A stretch of DNA of 64,000 nucleotides from Candidatus Latescibacterota bacterium (GTDB taxonomy: Bacteria; Latescibacterota; UBA2968; SICM01), in the NCBI GenBank assembly GCA_965217865.1, contig CBDCJO010000002.1, positions 352,001 to 416,000 of the forward strand, given 5' to 3'. Within the stretch, counting starts at the first letter, position 1. Each line of letters opens with the position of its first letter. The translations under genes and the position numbers were made by a program. Below are positions 1 through 11,955 of the stretch, one piece after another. Under the pieces are notes generated by a model, which saw only the letters and a list, made by a program, of their open reading frames with translations, searched no databases and was not told the origin of the DNA.

Positions 1-2
1 TG

Positions 3-605
3 AAGTTTGTCCCGGATGGCGACTATGTCCTTTTGGCAACCGTTGTGCTGGATGATGGCGAGGTCCTCATGGCGGGGAGTTACGGCGTGGAGGACCTGGA
101 ATCGGGTCCCGCGCCCCTCCTGGTGGAGGGTGTGAGCCTGACGGACGTGGACGTCGACCTGTTTCACATCGGGGCAGACACAGTAGACGCAAGGGAAGTC
201 ACCGTCGCCGGGGTGGATGTGGAGGGGGGATTCCTCTATTTCGATGATTCGGACGGCGACCGGGTAACCGTGAGTGTTTTTCCGATCCTGGGGTCGATTC
301 TGGACCTGGAGGGGAACTTGATCGAACTCTCCGATCTCGGGGTGGGCTCGGTCGTACTCGTCTCGGGCCTGATGGTGGTCGGGGAGATCGTCGCCTTCGA
401 GATCCGGGTCGTCTCCCTGATCCTGGCCGCCGACTTCACCGGCGATGGCCTGGTAAACTACGACGATTTCTGGGACTTCGTCGCTCGCTACGGCACACGG
501 GAGGGTGACGCCAACTACTCGTCTCGCCACGACCTCACCCGGGACGGCGTCGTCGACTTCAGCGATTTTCTGAAATTCGCCGAGGCTTTCGGAAAAAGTG
601 TCTGA
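3..605 (+). CDS. Secreted protein, 5'-truncated by window edge, with C-terminal dockerin-like/EF-hand pair; paralog of 29042-30658
   Basis: nt 1-416 nearly identical to 30024-30445; C-terminal DFTGDGLVNYDDF / DLTRDGVVDFSDF Ca-binding repeats. Confidence 0.8.
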   Translation, partial: KFVPDGDYVLLATVVLDDGEVLMAGSYGVEDLESGPAPLLVEGVSLTDVDVDLFHIGADTVDAREVTVAGVDVEGGFLYFDDSDGDRVTVSVFPILGSILDLEGNLIELSDLGVGSVVLVSGLMVVGEIVAFEIRVVSLILAADFTGDGLVNYDDFWDFVARYGTREGDANYSSRHDLTRDGVVDFSDFLKFAEAFGKSV

Positions 606-1021
606 TGACGGACCTGAAACGCCATTGGGTAGTGCACGGTGCTTTGGGAACACCACGCTCTTCCAGAACGTGATCGACTATTACATCGTTGCGTTTTTGG
701 GCATGGCGACCTCCGGCAAGAACCCGCTGACCGGTTTCCGGCGTTCCGGTGTCACTCGTTCGGGTCTCCGTGACTCGCAAGGACAGTCATGTCGCGGTCT
801 GTCGGAGAACCGGGCGCTGACAAGCTGAGAGCGCCTGCCTGACGACCGGGACAGGACACCGGTTCCAGCGTGTGCATCGCCTGACTCGAACCATAGTCCT
901 TGCTGATCAATCCGGTTTGCTGGACAGCGCCTTTCGAACGAGCGTCATTGTGTCCTGTTTCGGGGATTGTGGACCTGGAGTTGCACCGGTTTAGACCAGG
1001 CCAGGACTTCATCCATAAGCC

Positions 1022-1489
1022 TTGGCCGGGGTGCTGGTGCGGACAGCGCCGCCGGACCTGCCCGACTGGGAAGAGCTTGAAGAGTTCGAGGACGCCGAGC
1101 GCGAGCGACTAGAGCGAATGCTGGAGGCGATCACGCTGGCCGGTAACGCTGAGCAGGTACGTGAAGAGATCACCGAACTCTTGGAACTTGCCGAAGAGGC
1201 CAAGGCCGTCGAAGGCTCGGGCCACGAGGCGAAACTCGGACATCTTCGGAAGATCATGCAGGACGAGGGATTCTTCGACCGCCCCGACCAACGACTGCTG
1301 CTCTTCACCGAGTTCAAGGACACCCTCGACCACCTGCTGGAGCAGTTGAAGGCTTGGGGCTTCAGCGTCGGCTGTATCCACGGTGGCATGAAGGCTGGCT
1401 CACGCGACGAACCAGGAAGTCGGATTTACACCGAACAGTAGTTCCGCGAAGGTACCATCCAGGTTCTGGTGGCCACCGAGGCGGCCGGC
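1022..1489 (+). pseudogene. SNF2-family helicase C-terminal fragment
   Basis: LLLFTEFKDTLDHL, IHGGM; in-frame TAG at 1439-1441 followed in frame by FREGTIQVLVATEAAG, then an abrupt break. Confidence 0.8.
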
Positions 1490-1614
1490 CCGTTGTCGCA
1501 ACTGCCGGTCAAAACGCCGGTCAGATCTTGCCGTTTCAGAACCTCCAGAGCCTCCTCGGGCACAGATCCGCCGCCGCGACTGGTCGCTTAAGCTCCCTGG
1601 GCCGATCCCAGGAG

Positions 1615-2052
1615 CTACGAACGCCTCACGCTGAGTTCAACGTCCCGCAAGTAGGTCAGATACCTTTTGCGTAAGTTGTCAGGAGCCGCATCGAGTTCCC
1701 GGCACTTAGCCGCTACCTTCTCGTGGTCGAATTCCAGCGGGTCGGATGAGTGGGCAAATTTGTTACGGATCTCTCCGACAACATGTAAACCATTTAGGGT
1801 TTTCCGATCATAAAGTCCGAGGGCATAACCAAGTTCTATCGTGCTCCAGAAGGACAGACGCTTGAATACTTTGTTGTCAACGTTATGGAACTTCTTTTTC
1901 TCTATAGCTTTTTGTAGCCGGTCCTCGAAAAGCGCTGCGGCAAGAACAGCGGCACCTCTGTCGCTCTCTCCGTCAAACAACTGGTAGAAGTTGTAGGCCT
2001 CGTCCCAAGCCTCTTCGATGGTTTCTCTGAGCGTTTTTTCTTCCTCACTCAT
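1615..2052 (-). CDS. MtlR-like / HEPN-fold protein
   Basis: ESDRGAAVLAAALFEDRL and IRNKFAH (Rx4H) motifs; ATG at 2052. Confidence 0.65.
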   Translation of the reverse strand: MSEEEKTLRETIEEAWDEAYNFYQLFDGESDRGAAVLAAALFEDRLQKAIEKKKFHNVDNKVFKRLSFWSTIELGYALGLYDRKTLNGLHVVGEIRNKFAHSSDPLEFDHEKVAAKCRELDAAPDNLRKRYLTYLRDVELSVRRS

Positions 2053-2305
2053 CCAAATTCCTTCCTCTTCAGCCGCCCGCGCCGCTACGCCACCGGGAAT
2101 CGCCCCAATAGGGCATACCCAGCGGCGCACCTCCATTGTGGGCCAAAACGTGTCCCAATAGAGTGCCATTCCGCATCTCAAGGCATTATCGGCCCCAAAC
2201 ACCCCCTAAATGTGACGAAACGCGGCGGCCTCGTTCCGTCGGTTTCTTCCTCCCGTTCCCGGCCACCCATTACCTCGCCGCCGAGGCCCCGATCCGCAGG
2301 CAGCG

Positions 2306-2722
2306 CTAGTCGCGACGTTGATGCCTTTCGAGCCGCTCGAGCATGTTGATCTTCCGGTGGGAAGCGAGCATTGCAATGGCACAGGCCTCGCCGAACTGCC
2401 TCATGAGGTTTCCGGACGGGATCAGAAAACCTGATAGGAGAAGGTGCGCCGAGGTGAGAACGCTATTGAAGGCCGCGAACAGGAACATCTCGACCCACGC
2501 GGCACGCTGGTCCGCTGACACTGACTTGGTGAATTGTTTCAGTAGTCGGCACGTTAGATACAACTCTTTTGCAAGCACCTCGATCTCGGAGGGGAACTCC
2601 TCTAGGAAGCGTTCACGGACATCGCCGTTGTCAGAGATCAGGGCCCGTCGGATCTATTCGACAGTGAGAGTGTGAGCCTCGGCGGGCGGTGAGGAATCCG
2701 CTTGGTCAGACGCCTTATCCAC
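2306..2722 (-). pseudogene. Hypothetical helical protein (possibly HEPN/DUF5677-like) with internal stop
   Basis: GTG start overlapping the upstream stop, in-frame TAG near 2655, LLLSGFLIPSGNLMRQFGEA segment. Confidence 0.4.
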
Positions 2723-5700
2723 TGGCTCCTCCGTTCTCGTCGAGGAGGTCCTTCAGCTGTCGGTACCCTCGCTCGCCCAGCCGGTTGATGAGGCGGCGGG
2801 CGCGAGCCTGAGTGTCAGAGTTGCCAGCCTTGAGGATGTGCGCTAGGAACCGCTTTACGTCCTCCACAGGTACGTGGGGATAGTCAGCCCGTAACTCCGC
2901 AAGCAGCACCGCCTCAGCGATCGAGAAGGTCTCGTCCGGATTAGCTTGAGCGAGCGACAGCATTCGGTTCCACCGTAAGTACATCTGAAGTTGACCTTGT
3001 GCCAGACGTGCGGTTCGAAGGCCAAGCCGGACGATGTCCGTATCGGGGATGTACGGCGTATGGAAGAGCCATTCAAGCTCCTTTGCTTCCGCCACCGTTG
3101 CTGCTGAATCCAGGTTCGCCTCGAGCTGAGAGACCCTCCACTCCCACAGCCTGACGAGCCTTGGACGGCATCCGTCGGCGGAGGGTCGTCCATGTCTGAC
3201 CAAGCACGGAAGATCATCCAGTAGGCCCGGCCCCAGTCCGAGGGGACGAGTTTGTCGTATGCCGTCTCCAGTAGCGCATCCTTGTCACCAACAGACACAA
3301 GGCCACGCACTACGGTTACCATCAAATGCTCCGCATAACTCTGGGTAATCTCCCTGGAAACGCCGGAATTGCCGGCAGCTTCCCGCCATACCACAGCCTT
3401 TTCCGCCGCTCTCACGTACCAAGGCCGCGTCGCGCGAAAAACCTCATCGTACAGGCGACCTCGGGATATGTAGGTCGTCCAGGTTGGCCACGAGGCAGGA
3501 TCCTCCAGGCCACGTTCAAATAGGTCAGCGGCATGAGCCTCAATCCACTCCGGGGCCAGTAAGTGCAGCTGGGGAACGTAGTCTCCCAATACAGCTCGGA
3601 GAACCGCAGCGTTCGGCCCGTCATCCTGCAGCGTACCGTCGAGCAGCGGCACGAGTTGCTCCTGGACCGCAACGCGCGCAGCACCCGCAGCCCCGTCCGA
3701 GGCTGGCTGTTCGTCGCTGAGCAGAGACCGGTAGTCCCAGAGGGCCGCTGAGATGACGGCGTTGGCAACGTGGCCCGCCGCATCGTTGAGTTTCGCCATA
3801 ACTACTGACGCCAGTGACTTGTCAGTGCTGTGGGGTATCTCCCATATCGCGGGCGCGGTCATTGCTTCGGCGAGGATCCCCCAGATTTCACCGGCGCACC
3901 GATGCGCAACAGAGTTCCTATTGCATCCTTCCCCGATGAAGCGGGCGGCACTGCCCGCGGTCCTGCGCCAGTGGCCCACGCGGGTACCGTCGCCTAGATC
4001 AAGGGACCGCACCCGGCTCAGGATGCCCCGCACAACTTCCATCGCAGCCGCCCAGTCGAGTTCCGAACCGGCTCTGGCTGCCTCGCCCAGGCCGTCCACG
4101 ATCCCCTCAATCGCTCTCGGATCCGCGCCCTGCTCGACCGCGCCACTCAAGACCTCCAAGGCCGTCCCTGCGTTCTCCTTCGCATACGTCATCAGCGTTC
4201 CCTGTAGCCCGAACGACGATCCTATTCCCTCTCCAGGGCTCCACTCGACGAGCAGCGCCACGATCTCGCCGACCGATGACTGCCCGAGTTCTTCGACGCC
4301 GAAAGGAGATTCGTCATCGAGCCAGGCGCCACTCTCAACAGCACCACTTGCCCCAACCTCTGCCATCTCTTGATCGTAGCGTGATGGAATGACACCGAGG
4401 ACGCCAAGTCGTTCCGCAAGATCACGAAGCTCCTCGGGGATGTCGCCACGGAAGAAGGTGAGGATACGGCGCTGGTAGCGGCGAATGTAGTCGTTGATCT
4501 CCTCTTCCGTCACGGTAATGGTTGCCTCTTGGTTCGGACCGGCTTCCACCGCCGCAGCATATTCCTTCCTTACCTCCGGGGCTGCGTTACGGAATTGCGA
4601 CCGGAGCAACACAGCGATCGCGGTCGCCGGGAATCCGGGATCGCGCAGCTCCTTAGACCTGAGGATTCGGTTGACTCGCTCCGGGAGATGCCGGCCGGCC
4701 TCGGATAGCACGAGATAGCCAATCCGCGTCATGAGGTTATCACTGTGGCGCTCGACGAGGTCTATTGCCGCTGTGGCTTCGTCTCGACCCTGGGCAGCAA
4801 GGCGCTGCCCCACTCCAACCGCTGCATCGATGAGCATGGACACCACGTCATCGCGGTCCGAACGAGCCCCCGACTCGGTATCAATCGGTCGCCATAACAC
4901 GTTGGGCCCTAGCTGGTCAGTAAGCCTTTGCACGCCCCGGACCTTCGATAGCAGGAACGCCAGAGTTCTTGTAGCATCTAGAGCTTCGAGCGCATCCACG
5001 AGGCGTCCTAGGAGCTCAGCGTAGTCGTGCCAGCCGAAACGCGGGAAAACCCAGTGGGTCCGCACACGGAAGGATAGTCCTTCCATTTCCTCCGTCTCAC
5101 TCGGACACGCGACTCGGAGGAGATAAGTTGCGAGGTCGAATGCCGCCTCTATCTGTTCCGTCTCGGCGAGCCAGACCAGAAGATCCACCACGCTCTCACT
5201 GAAGATCCTCGCCGATGTTGCCGGTACAGTCTTGAGGGCGTTCGTTAGAGTTGGAACAATGCATGCGGCCAGACCGGGAGGAAGATGGCGGCTGGCCTTA
5301 GCCACGACATCCCACACGAAGGGGTTATCGTTCGTCAAAGGAATTGAATTCAAAGTCTCCAGCACTGCCGCCGGTTCATCAGCTGCAGCTAACACGAGGT
5401 AATTGCCTTCAGGCCATGGCTTGGGGCTCCACGAGCCATCAGCGTTCTGCTGCCGGCCTGGCGGGCTCGTGAAGAAGCCCTCGGCCGCGAGGTACTTCAC
5501 CCACCCCGGGTTTCTTAGCTGTTGGAAGAAGTAGTTCCGCTGTCCATGACGGAGCTGAAGGTCACGGAGTCGCTTCGCGTGTTGACTGTTGGGGGTCTCG
5601 ACCTTGAGTAGCTCGTCCAACTCGGCCTCGGTTACGTAGTACGGCGCCACGCGGCCGTACAACAAGCTGGTGAATCTCTCAATAGCTTCGCGCACAGCAA

Positions 5701-6112
5701 TCGCCTGCGGGCCACCGAATCGCCAGTGGGCAGCACTTGAGAATTGTCTTACGAGGTGCAACCACTCATCAACACGCGGGTCATCAGTCTCCAGCCCCAG
5801 AGCCTCTGCGATGCGCGGTCGGTTGCGTTCGTTCGAAGACACGCTCTCTTCGGCAGCAACCTCCAGACCCTCATCCCTCAACAGGAGTTGCAGGACCCCG
5901 CGTGAAAGCTCACGCCCAGCGTGAGCGACTAGATAGGCGTTTCCAGGCTGATCGATCTGACGTGCCAGCGCGAGCCCGCGTTCGTATAGGCCCGCGAGGT
6001 GGGGATCTAGGAGCCGAAGCTCCCCGGCCGTTTCCCGTTCTCGGAGAGTGAGCCAGTCTTCTCCGTCCTTAGGCGTCTCGGGTCGCGGCAGATCGCCGCG
6101 TGTCTCGTCCAT
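2715..6112 (-). pseudogene. Large (~1130 aa) helical putative defence protein with N-terminal HEPN-like nuclease region; frameshift near 3165
   Basis: GGAGG RBS before ATG 6112; AHAGREL...RQFSSAAH; YFFQQLRNPGWVKYL..EGFF..PP..WPEGNYL; C-terminus continues in ORF 2715-3203. Confidence 0.55.
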
Positions 6113-6220
6113 AACCTCCCCACCAACAAGACCGGCAGCGTCGCCGGGTCTCATAGATCTCCGAGCAATAGATCACGTCGCGTGGATGACCCCCCCTCCA
6201 CTACTTTTTGTTCGGGGTCA

Positions 6221-8600
6221 TTACCTGCGCCAGTCGACGCACCTCGACGTACAACAGCAGTTCGTCGTCTTGCGTAATAAATCGTAGTTGACGCTTGTCA
6301 CTCCAAAATCCGGCTCGCGCTGAAAGGGTTCACGAACGTAGTGGACCTGATGCCGGCCGTCGTCCTGGAACTCCACGATCCCGAGGATGAAGGCCTCGGG
6401 CTTGTTCAGTGAGTACAGAACCTCGTTGCGCGTGACGGTGATCGTTGACGCGCCGCTAACCCGGCCCTTGACCTCGATGAATCGAAGCTTGCCCGTGTCC
6501 GGCACCCGGCTTTCGATGTCGTACCCCAGTTTCTCGAACTCCCGGTCCGCCGGGTCAAATCCAAGGCTCCGCTCGACATCCATAATGATGTTGCGCGCCC
6601 GGGCGGCCGATTCCTGCGTATCCACGGCCGTTCTTGTGCCCGCCGGTTCACGCCCACTCATTTCATCGATGAGCCCCTTGGGCACGACCAGCAATCCTCC
6701 CAGCACCACCGGTGGAAGAGGGGAGATTTGTGCCTCAAGCTGGAGTTCCTCAAGCCGTTTCTGTAGACGTGTTTGCAGCGAGTCCGCGCGCTTGCGGGCC
6801 TCACCTGAATTGAGCCTCGCTCCGGTCTTGCCCGCCTGCTCCTGCAGTTTGAGTTGCTCGGCCCGATGATCCCAGTAGGCGATCTCCTTGGTGAGACGGT
6901 CCTTTACGGCCACTACGGTCTTGGTGATCAACGCCAACTTCGCATCGCGCACTTCCGCCAAATGCTCCGGGACCACGTTCGCAACAGCGTAGCCCTGCGC
7001 CTTCCTTTCCACATCCCGGTCGATCCACGCGCACTGCGGCCGCTCGAGGATCTGTTCCAGACCGGGATCGTCTTCACCGAGCGGCCGATAGTCGAGGTAG
7101 GGCGCATAGTGCACATGGCGGGTCACGCCATCCGCATCCAGTTCCACGTACAGCATACGCTTGGAGATGATCCGGCGATCCCCCGAGCGCGTCAGGCTCG
7201 CATCCTGGATCGCGTGCTCAAGATAGAAGAGCACGCGCGGTTTGTCGCCCTCGTCACGCTCGTCGACCAACACGGCGCCCCGTTTCAAGAGATCCCGGTG
7301 TCGTTCCAGCGTCAGGTCGATGACCGCATCCAGCAATGGGTGCCCGGGACACACAAACGCCGCCGCCGGCTGTCCTTGCGGCGCCACCAAAGACTTCTCG
7401 AAGGCGATGCGCTCGTACCGGCGAAGGACCGGGTCTCCAATACCCATCAACCGATCTCGATTCCGAACGGGTGCGGGAACGTGGGTGATCTCGTAGCGAC
7501 TCGCCTCACGCTGTTTGGCGGAACCGCCCAGGCGTTGGAACGCCTCCCGAAAGAACGACTCGATGTAGTGCGGTTGTAGACGGCGGGCTTCGCTCCGCTC
7601 CATTTCCTCGCGTATTCGGTGCACTCGGCTCGCGTCCATGGCGTCGACCGCCAGGGCGCTCTCTTCCAGGAGGTCCTGAAGCCTGCCGCGGTCCAGGGCA
7701 TGATCGACCGTCGTCGTGAGGCGCGCTCGAACCTCCGGCTGTTCCCCGTAGCGAATTGCCTCGACCAGGAGTTCGCGAAGGGGCCGCCCCTCGAAGTGGA
7801 GCTTGCCGCGCCTGTTCCAACTTGTCGAGGAGCTTGCGATAAACGTCGCCCTCCCTCGTTTCATCCGCGACCAGGTTCCAGAGGTGACACACTTCCGTCT
7901 GGCCGATGCGGTGAATCCGGCCGAACCGTTGCTCCAATCTGTTGGGATTCCAGGGCAGATCGTAGTTCACCATCAGGTGGGCGCGCTGGAGGTTGATGCC
8001 TTCGCCGGCCGCATCCGTGGCGAGCAGCACCTGCACGTGCGGGTCGTGGCGGAAGGCTTCCTGGGCCTTGAGCCGGTCCTCGCGGCCCATGCCGCCGTGA
8101 ATCCGAACAACCGACTCCTCACGTCCCAGCAAGGTCCGGATGCGCCTGTCGAGGTAACGCAGCGTATCCCGGTGCTCGGTGAAAATGACCAGCTTTTGCT
8201 TCGGAGACGGGGCCGGCCGGGGAATCTTGCCGGCACCGGGAACGTCCACCTCCGTGATTTGTCCGGCGAGCCCACCTGCTGTGAAGATTTCACCGAGCAG
8301 GCTGGCCAGCTCTCGCCATTTGGTGTCCGTGCCGCTTCGCCGCAGTTCAAGCGCAAGACCTTCCAGATTCTTGAGCGTCTCAATCTCAGCCCTCAGCTCG
8401 GCGATTGATCGCGCCGCCGTCGCCCGGTCGAGAATGTCTTCCTCGGCCGCCTCGACTTCATTTTCGGGGGCCTCGTCCAGATCCTCGACATCCTCCGGGT
8501 CGAGCTCCGGTCCCACGGCGGCAAATGCGATGGCGTTCCGGTCGCGGCCCGTTGGATGGCGGCGAGGTTCGAGGTCTTGAGATCCGCCTCGACCTTCCAT
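6221..8600 (-). pseudogene. SNF2-like helicase with C-terminal DUF3883 (NOV_C) nuclease domain; lacks N-terminal half, internal frameshifting deletion near 7805
   Basis: [46 protein letters not shown]; GYDIES...RFIEVKGR...TRNE. Confidence 0.85.
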
Positions 8601-8624
8601 TGCTGTTCTCAGTACCGGGCGTCC

Positions 8625-8700
8625 TCCCCGTCCCTAACTGGCAGATCTTCGACGGGATCCTCTACGTGCTGCGCACGGGCTGCCAGTGGCACGCCCTGAG
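8625..8700 (+). mobile_element. IS5-family transposase N-terminal fragment
   Basis: Translation [22 protein letters not shown]. Confidence 0.65.
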
Positions 8701-9032
8701 GGCCTCCGGCTTCGAGGGAATACGACCGTATTCAACCGGAGTGCGCCGATTTACATCAGCAAACGACACCGGGATCGTTTCAATTCTGTTCCGGAGACAA
8801 GATCCTACGCTTCTTGACCGGGTCACTGTTTGAGGACAGTTGATCCATCTTTACACCTCCTGCTTGCCCCCGTTTTTTCGGGCGATCTCAGAAAAAAGAT
8901 AACATCGCAAAGGCCCGGACCCGCTGGAAGGCGTACAAACAGGAGAAACGGACGCGTTTATCCTGGCGGATGCGGCCCATGGCTACGGACAATGACAGGG
9001 CCTGATCCCCGGGCAGGCAGATGCGAAAAAAC

Positions 9033-9255
9033 GTTTGTGAAATACGGCAGAAACGACAAGACCCCGAAGGGTTGCCCCACGGGGTCTTGCGTTTGACGAC
9101 CGCCGAAGTGGCGGATGAGAATATGACTCCCCAACTGATCCTATCTTTAGAACCCTTCTCTGTTCGTCAGTCGTAACATGCTGTATTGAAAGGAGATGTC
9201 GTAATAACACCCGCACCGCAGAGTCGGAAGCCATGTCAAGACCGATTTACCTTTT
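9033..9255 (-). repeat. Non-coding dispersed repeat (inverted copy of ~26475-26702; partial third copy ~24990-25110), att-like
   Basis: Shared CTCCTTTCAATACAGCATGTTACGACTG-GAACAGAGAA..GGATCA..TGGGGAG-CATATT-CATCCGCCA..CCCCGT..GGGGTCTTGTCGTTTCTGCCGTATT. Confidence 0.8.
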
Positions 9256-9790
9256 GGACTGATCAGGGCGCAATCACAGGGCAAGCAATGCGCAAGCGGC
9301 AACGGGAGCACGGGTAGTACATCGTCATTCACACGCCGGAGGCGAGATTGTAATTGCAACAACCCTTGAAAGGACATATATTTTTTGCTAACGCTCATCT
9401 TGCAGAATGAAGCCGGAGAGGAGCATGATCGACGGCGCTTGCTCCTGATCGTGCACAAGGAAGGTAGCCGGTGCGGTCCTTGAGTTCGTCGCCTCGACCT
9501 GCGAGGAAAACCTTCAGAACCGGCTCGCGCTGCTCGGCGAGCGGCCCACCGGGGACCTGATCGAGCAGAAAGTTTCACTTCGGCTGTTGCGGCACCTCGC
9601 GTCCTCGGTTCGCCACCAGCAATACCATGACACGGATATCGTGAAACCGTTCCGCGTTCAAGCCCCGAATAGCTCTTGGCACCCCTTTTACGGCTCGTAG
9701 CCCTCTGAGGGCTCCGCGCGAGTAGCCGGGGCCTGAGTGCCTAAGAGAGAGCCGTTCCTGGGGCTTCCTGCGGCGCTTTTGGCAGAAGAT

Positions 9791-9799
9791 TTATCCACA
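9791..9799 (+). promoter_or_regulatory. Consensus DnaA box upstream of the TIR-ATPase gene
   Basis: TTATCCACA exact match; degenerate TTTTCCACG at 9821; a single box may be chance. Confidence 0.25.
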
Positions 9800-9978
9800 G
9801 GACCCTGTGATCCGAGGGAGTTTTCCACGGTGAAAGCGCATACTCTTACAAAGTAGTTAAAGAACAAGTAAAAAAAGGACACCACGCACAGGCTTGACAA
9901 CCAAGCCTGAAACCGTCCACGAAACCGGGGTAACTCCACCACAATATCCCACGAGAGCAAAAGGAAGAAGAGAGCTAT

Positions 9979-11955
9979 ATGGCCGATACCAAGGCCTCTG
10001 AAGTAGCGCTCTTGTTTGTTGGCGAACAACGCGCCGCCGCTGAAACGCTGACGCGGGAGCTGCAACGTCAGGGGGCAGTAGTCTTTTGCGACTACTTCGA
10101 GAACACGGAGCTGGCGCCACGCATTGCGGAAGAAGATCTGCATGCAGATCTGGAACGAGCGGAGGTCGTCGTCCTGTTGGTGTCCAGACAATACGTCGAC
10201 CGAGCATGGAAACGAGACGAAAGGCACTTGATTCTCTCTGAGATTTCCGAACGGGGGGGCGCTGTCGTGCCGCTGTGCTTCGATGACACCCCTGTTCCGG
10301 CCGGACTGCCTCCGGGCACTGATTGCCGGGGAGCCGACGATTATGCGCTAACGCAAGTAGCCGAAGACATCGGCGAGAAGCTCTTTAGCCATGAGGCAGA
10401 AGGTAGGGGTACTGGTGCGGCTCAAAATCCGCATCTGACGGCTCTGACAGGCGAGGCGGTGTGGTTGGACTACGATCATGCCGAGCGGTTCGTTATCGGA
10501 CGAGGCAACCTCCAGTTCGAGACGAGGTGGAGCAAATGCAATGCCACCAGCATCCATGTCTACAATGATGCACCGTCGATCGAGGGAGTGGCACTGGCCT
10601 CGGGATATACGTCGATAGAGCAGATCATAGACGCGCGGTTCCTCGACTACAGGGGCCGTACGCGGCGACCACGCGAGGGGGAGATCGTCGTATTCCGTAA
10701 CGTCAATGGCTTTTACGCCGCGGTGCAGGTGCTGGACGTCAAGGATGACACGCGGGGAGACGACGTCGACGAGCTTCGCTTTCGATACGTCATTCAGCCC
10801 GATGGCTCAGACGACTTCGGTGGGGACATGTGCGTGGATTCGGTTCGGGTGCGGGGGTTCCGCTCTCTTCGGTGTGTGGAACTGTGTGAGCTGGGGCGCC
10901 TAGTAGTCATGATTGGGCCTAACGGATGCGGCAAGTCGAACGTCATCTGGCTCTTCGAGATGATGCATCACATGCTGAGATTCCGCCGTTTGGCGGATTT
11001 CGTGGGCGAGCACGGTGGCGGGGACGACCAGTTGTTCAACGGTAGCAAGGCAACGCCGCGCATTGAAGTAGAAGTGACTCTAAGGGTCGGAGCAGCGGAC
11101 TACTACGACTATCGGTTTGCGCTTAGATACGGGAACGACGATCGGCTGCTGCTCGCGGACGAAGCCTACCGGTTGCGTGATAGGGAGCTTGGAGATACGG
11201 ACTGGCAACTGATCGAGAGCAGCAAGGGGGCCGTTGAGGCGGGGTTGGTCGCGGTGGGCCACCAGGTCCGTCCCGCGACCATTCACTCGCGCGTGGCCAG
11301 GAACATCGTGCATCTGCTTGGAGGGTGTCGGGCCTACCATTTCCATGACACCTCAAGAAACTCGGGGTTCAAGAAACCTTGTGATTTCCAGGACCATCAA
11401 CGGCTGGCAACCGACGGCCACAATCTGGCTGCGGTGCTGTTACATCTGGAGCGAGAGGACCGCCCGAGGTACGAATTAATCTGCCAGCACATTGGGCGAG
11501 TGTTGCCAGGTTTTGATCGCTTCGATCTTCACGAGGGCCAGGGTAAAGTCGCGTTGCGATGGACGTCAACTAACGGAGGCAAGACATTCGGGGCCCATCT
11601 GACATCGGACGGGTCGTTACGGTTATTTGCGCTCGTAACGTTGTTGAACCTGCCGTGCGAATTGCTTCCGACCGTCGTGTTTCTCGACGAGCCCGAGCTT
11701 GGACTGCATCCGGCGGGCGTTGCTCTGGTTGGAGGGATGATCAAGGCCTTGTCTTACAGGAGGCAGGTTGTGGTCGCGACGCAGTCGCCATTGCTCCTAG
11801 ACGCCTTCGATATGGATGAAGTGATAGTGTTGGAAGCGGACAGCAACGGCACACGGGCTCGCTCGCTCGCCACGGAAGATTACGAAGAGTGGCTTGATGA
11901 AGGGTTTCTGCCCAGCGAACTGTGGCAGAAGAATGTGCTTGGAGGGCGCCCTTGA
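9979..11955 (+). CDS. TIR domain - uncharacterised beta-rich domain - AAA_21/ABC-type ATPase fusion
   Basis: TIR (VVLLVSRQYVDRAWKRDE); Walker A GPNGCGKS, signature TSDGS, Walker B/D-loop FLDEPELGLHP, VATQS; C-terminal ELWQKNVLGGRP. Confidence 0.85.
   Translation: MADTKASEVALLFVGEQRAAAETLTRELQRQGAVVFCDYFENTELAPRIAEEDLHADLERAEVVVLLVSRQYVDRAWKRDERHLILSEISERGGAVVPLCFDDTPVPAGLPPGTDCRGADDYALTQVAEDIGEKLFSHEAEGRGTGAAQNPHLTALTGEAVWLDYDHAERFVIGRGNLQFETRWSKCNATSIHVYNDAPSIEGVALASGYTSIEQIIDARFLDYRGRTRRPREGEIVVFRNVNGFYAAVQVLDVKDDTRGDDVDELRFRYVIQPDGSDDFGGDMCVDSVRVRGFRSLRCVELCELGRLVVMIGPNGCGKSNVIWLFEMMHHMLRFRRLADFVGEHGGGDDQLFNGSKATPRIEVEVTLRVGAADYYDYRFALRYGNDDRLLLADEAYRLRDRELGDTDWQLIESSKGAVEAGLVAVGHQVRPATIHSRVARNIVHLLGGCRAYHFHDTSRNSGFKKPCDFQDHQRLATDGHNLAAVLLHLEREDRPRYELICQHIGRVLPGFDRFDLHEGQGKVALRWTSTNGGKTFGAHLTSDGSLRLFALVTLLNLPCELLPTVVFLDEPELGLHPAGVALVGGMIKALSYRRQVVVATQSPLLLDAFDMDEVIVLEADSNGTRARSLATEDYEEWLDEGFLPSELWQKNVLGGRP

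Noticed and set aside
1-420. Diversity-generating retroelement TR/VR pair with 30024-30445
   Set aside because: Differences are not adenine-specific and no reverse transcriptase is present
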